Source: Octopus bimaculoides
Lineage: Eukaryota
Length of the DNA: 37,641 nucleotides
Direction: 5' to 3'
Assembly: GCF_001194135.2 (NCBI RefSeq)
Contig: NC_068982.1
Span: forward strand, 65,567,674 to 65,605,314
The notes beneath the pieces are model-generated. The model saw nothing but the letters and a program-made list of their open reading frames with translations, had not been told where the DNA came from and did no database searches. Made by a program: the position numbers and the translations under genes. Positions 33,871 to 37,641 of this stretch are shown here, piece by piece. Numbering within the stretch: position 1 is the first letter of the stretch; every line of letters begins with the position of its first letter.

Positions 33871-34769
33871 AAAATAATTTATGTGACGTTTTCCCTCTCC
33901 TTTTCCCCTTCTTCTAAATTATCCTCCACACACACACTGTTACCTCTGTTACTCTGACCACTTTACTATCTCCTCGCAATAAATTTATTTTTTCCATCAT
34001 ACTTTCTTCTATTCTTTCAGCTAAAGGAGCCTTTTTTCACTTTGTGAACTACAAGATGCCTCTACTAGTATTGGTGTCACAAAAACAAAGCACTCAGTAA
34101 CTCAGTGGTTGGTAAATTGAATCAAGCAGCAATAATGCAAGGCTTAAGAAAACTCTTTTTGTCTTGCTGATGGTGAAGCAACCTCTTTTGTGCTGGTGCC
34201 ATAGAAAATGCACCCTGAACACTTTGTAAAGCATTTAGTATTAGGATGAGCATCCAGCTGGAGGAACCATGCCAAAACTGAGACATTGGAGAAAGGTAGG
34301 GTTCTCTAACTGGGTGGATCCTGTTAAACAGTCTAACCCATATGATTATGGAAAATGGACATGATATGATAATAATGATATTTATATATATGTTTATATA
34401 AGTGTTTGAATAGGTATATCTATATAAAAGCAATCAAAAAGTAAATGAAGAGTAATTAAGTAGAGTATCACATTTATTTATACAAGTAAAAGGTTGATAA
34501 GGATTCCAAAGTTTCACTAGTCATTAGTCATGTCATGTCAGAATATCTGACAAAGTCAACAACCAGTGAAACTTTGAAGTCACTGTCCACTTTTTCCTTG
34601 TATTAGTAGTAGTAGTCATCATTCTCATCATCATCATCATCATCACTACAATTACCACTGTCACTGCCATCACTGTTGATCTCCTCCTTCACATCTTTAC
34701 CAATTCTACCCCCCACCCACCCACCATCGCCACCACTATTGTAATCAATATCCCTATATAGACACCATC

Positions 34770-37612
34770 ACATTCATATACAGATACTGTCTCTCATGCC
34801 CTAAAATCTTCTGGGAAGGTAATAGCAACAGGGTAGGTGGTGTGGGAATACTTCTTGCAGAGAAATGGGCAGATAAGGTCATAGAGGTAGTCAGAGTGTG
34901 CAATAGAGTACTTAAGCTCTGGCTAGTTTTGCAGAATAGTATAGCGACAATTATCTCTGAGCCTACCAAATGAACAGAAGGGCCACATTTATGATATTCT
35001 GCTGCAGGCTACCTCAAAGACAAATGACAATGATTTCATCTTTGTGGCTGGGAATTTCAATGGATATGTCAGACAACAGCCCAGTATCTTCCATGGTGTA
35101 AATGGGGGTCATGGAACTGGTTCCCAAAACAAAGAGGAAACAAGGATACTGGAATTCTGTGATATAAATAACCTACTGATCTCCACCACCAACTTCAGGA
35201 AGCCAGCCAGCCACCTGATAACCTATCAGTTAGGTGACTCTGCTAACCAGATCAATTTCATTCTCACCAGACAGTGGGATGGATGCATGGTTGCTCTTAA
35301 ATACAAAGACTCTCCTTGGTGAAGAATGTACCCCACAGCATAGACTATTCATTAGTGACTTTAGACTCAAGGCCAGAAGGATGCCAAGAAGCAGGCCAAT
35401 CTGGAAAAGAAGGATTTGGAAGCTAAAGGACCCTTCATATGGTCAGAGATTTAGGGACATCTTAATTGATGAGATGGAGGAGGAGCTACAGACTTGTGGC
35501 ATAGAGGGCAACTGGAAATTCCTGTGGGACAGCTTGCTGAGTGCCACAGACCAAATCTGCAGTTGGTGCAAAGCCCCATCCAAACCTAGGGTGATTTAGT
35601 GATGGAATGATGCTGTAGACAGGGCCATTAGAGCAAAGAAACAGGCCTGGAAGAGTGGGGATAGCAGAAAACTGCATCAGATAGCCAGGTATATCTATCC
35701 AAGAGAGGAGCAAAAAAGAAGTTTGCCTATGTTCAGCGACATGAGGACCAAAGACTTGAAATGTTTTGGAGTGCAAGTGTGTGAGAGAAAATTGTGATGT
35801 CATAGGATGATGGCACACTTGCATTTAATGATTCTGCAAAGAAAGAGGCTTGGAAATGCATTATGAAAGACTGCTGAACATGGTGAATGAATGGGAGGAG
35901 AAGTGTCTGCCAAATGTCGAGCCAATTGAGGGACCAGCTATCTGAATTGACAGATAAAGCAATTAAGGATATGAAGACAAGAAAAGCCCCTGGCCCATCA
36001 GGAATCACTGTTGAGATGCTTAAAATATCTGATGGTGTGTGTTATGATCTAGTCACCTGTATTGTAAATCAGGTAGTTCACATAGGAGTCATATCCAATG
36101 ACTGGTGTAGCAGTACCATAGTCAATTGCTACAAAGGTAATGGTGATACCTTAGATAGAAATAATTCAAAGGTATCAAATTGTTGGATCAGGTGAGGGAA
36201 GTTACAGAGAGGATCATAGCCCAACTAATTAGGAAGAGACTTAGTCTACATGAGATGCAGTTTGGTTTTGTGCCAGGGAAAAGCACCACTGATATATCTG
36301 GTAAGGCAGCTGCAGGAGAAATACATTGCCAAAGATAAACCTCTGTACTTGGCTTTTGTTAACCTGGAGAAAGCCTTTGACAGAGTCCCCAATCTCTAAT
36401 CTGGTGGTCAATGCAGAAACTAGGGATAGTTTCCACATTGTAAAGTGGGGATTAGCAATGAGTACAGCAAAAAATACAGAGTACAAGTAGGAGTTCACCA
36501 AGGATCAGTCTTCAGCCCCCTCTTGTTAATCATAGTCCTCCAGGCAATAACAGAGGAATCTAATACAGGCTACCCCTGGGAGCTCCCCTAGACTAATGAC
36601 CTTGTTCTTATAGCTGAATCACTACCAGAACTAGAGAAGAAGTTTCAAGTATGGAAGCAAGGTCTAGATTCAAAGAGCTTTAAAGTTAACCGAGCAAAAA
36701 TCTAAGTCTTAGTATGTAGGAAGGCAGATAAATCACAAATCCCTTCAGGTAGATGGCTCAGCTCAATCCGTAGAAAAGGTGTAAATGGAAACTCCATAAG
36801 ACGTACCCAGTGTAAGCTATGGACACATAAGAGATGTGGCAATCTCAGAGGAAGGTTATCAGGGAAAATAGCTTTTGTGTGTGGAAAATGCACAGGTACA
36901 ATAAACACCAAAAATATACAGAAAATAGACTCCATTAACTGTCAGTGGGGTAAGCTAGAGGTAGTAAATAGTTTCCGTTATCTAGGTGACCAAGTTAGTA
37001 GCAGAGGTGGATGCTCTGAGAGCATAGCTGCGAGAATAAGATTACGCTGGGCAAAGTTCAGAGAGCTCCAACTCTTGCTGGCAACAAAGGACCTCACAGA
37101 GGTACTGACAAGTGACTGAAACCTTTGTCGATATGCTGTGCTTGAGAAGACCCATCAAGTCAAGTGAAATCATAGTCATGGCTGATACTGGTGTCATGTA
37201 ACTGGCATCTGTGCTGGTGGCACATAAAAAGCACCTTTTGAGCATTGGGTCTCATGGAGGAAAAGTGGCTGATGCTGGTGGCACATGAAAAGCTCCTTTT
37301 GAATGTTGGACCTCACAGAGGCAATGACCAAGACCTTTGGCATTATGTCGAGCTTGAGAAGAAGACCCATCAAGCCAAGTAAAATTGCAGTCGTGGCAGA
37401 TACTGGTGTCAAACAAATGACACCCAAGTCGTGGCACATAAAAGCACACATTACACTCTCAGAGTGGTTGGTGTTAGAAACCATGTCAAATCAGACTGGA
37501 ATCTGATGCAAACTGGAATCTGATGCAAAATGGAATCTGATCCAGCTTGTCAGCCCTGGTCAAACTGTCCAACCCATGCCAGCATGGATAATGGACACTA
37601 AATGATGATGAA
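34770..37612 (+). mobile_element. Decayed RTE-clade LINE (APE endonuclease, RT, 3' UTR, (GAT)n tail), antisense to SFXN2
   Basis: Fragments GGVGILLAEKW, AGNFNG, FCDINNLLISTTNFRK..HLITY (APE); KAPGPSGITVEMLK, QFGFVPGKSTTD, AFVNLEKAFDRVP, GVHQGSVFSPLL, FRYLGDQVS, WAKFREL (RT). Many stops and frameshifts; ends ccaacccatgccagcatgg...atgatgatga. Confidence 0.93.
37495..37543 (+). repeat. 17-bp tandem repeat, about three copies (ACTGGAATCTGATGCAA), inside the RTE tail
   Basis: Read directly from the sequence. Confidence 0.9.
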
Positions 37613-37641
37613 ACATATATATATATATATATATATATATA

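Overview
AT-rich, microsatellite- and transposon-dense eukaryotic genomic DNA with four N gaps. The SINE, RTE-tail and MITE repertoire is the one I recognise from octopus genomes; this is recognition from memory, not a database result. The one securely identified gene is sideroflexin-2 (SFXN2, mitochondrial inner-membrane transporter family) on the minus strand. Eight coding exons (33212 down to 18425; 99, 79, 86, 61, 67, 100, 48 and 115 nt) all have GT-AG sites and splice in phase into a 217-aa C-terminal part ending ...VYFNKGL*. I found no 5' exons, so they presumably lie beyond 37641. The introns and flanks hold two mariner elements, piggyBac-like and Merlin/hAT-like MITEs, a decayed RTE LINE, CR1 and L2/Jockey fragments, at least four SINE families, foldback palindromes and a probable Helitron. 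Almost all ORFs in the supplied track are microsatellite or repeat artefacts. The left ~14 kb has exon-like segments of an unidentified neighbouring gene, and I could not settle its strand. I see no clearly new biological system. The best leads are a MITE carrying telomere-like repeats, inverted repeats bracketing SFXN2 exons, a duplicated hairpin downstream of SFXN2, a series of short local duplications, a PHD-like finger inside the RTE reverse transcriptase, and the unidentified gene.
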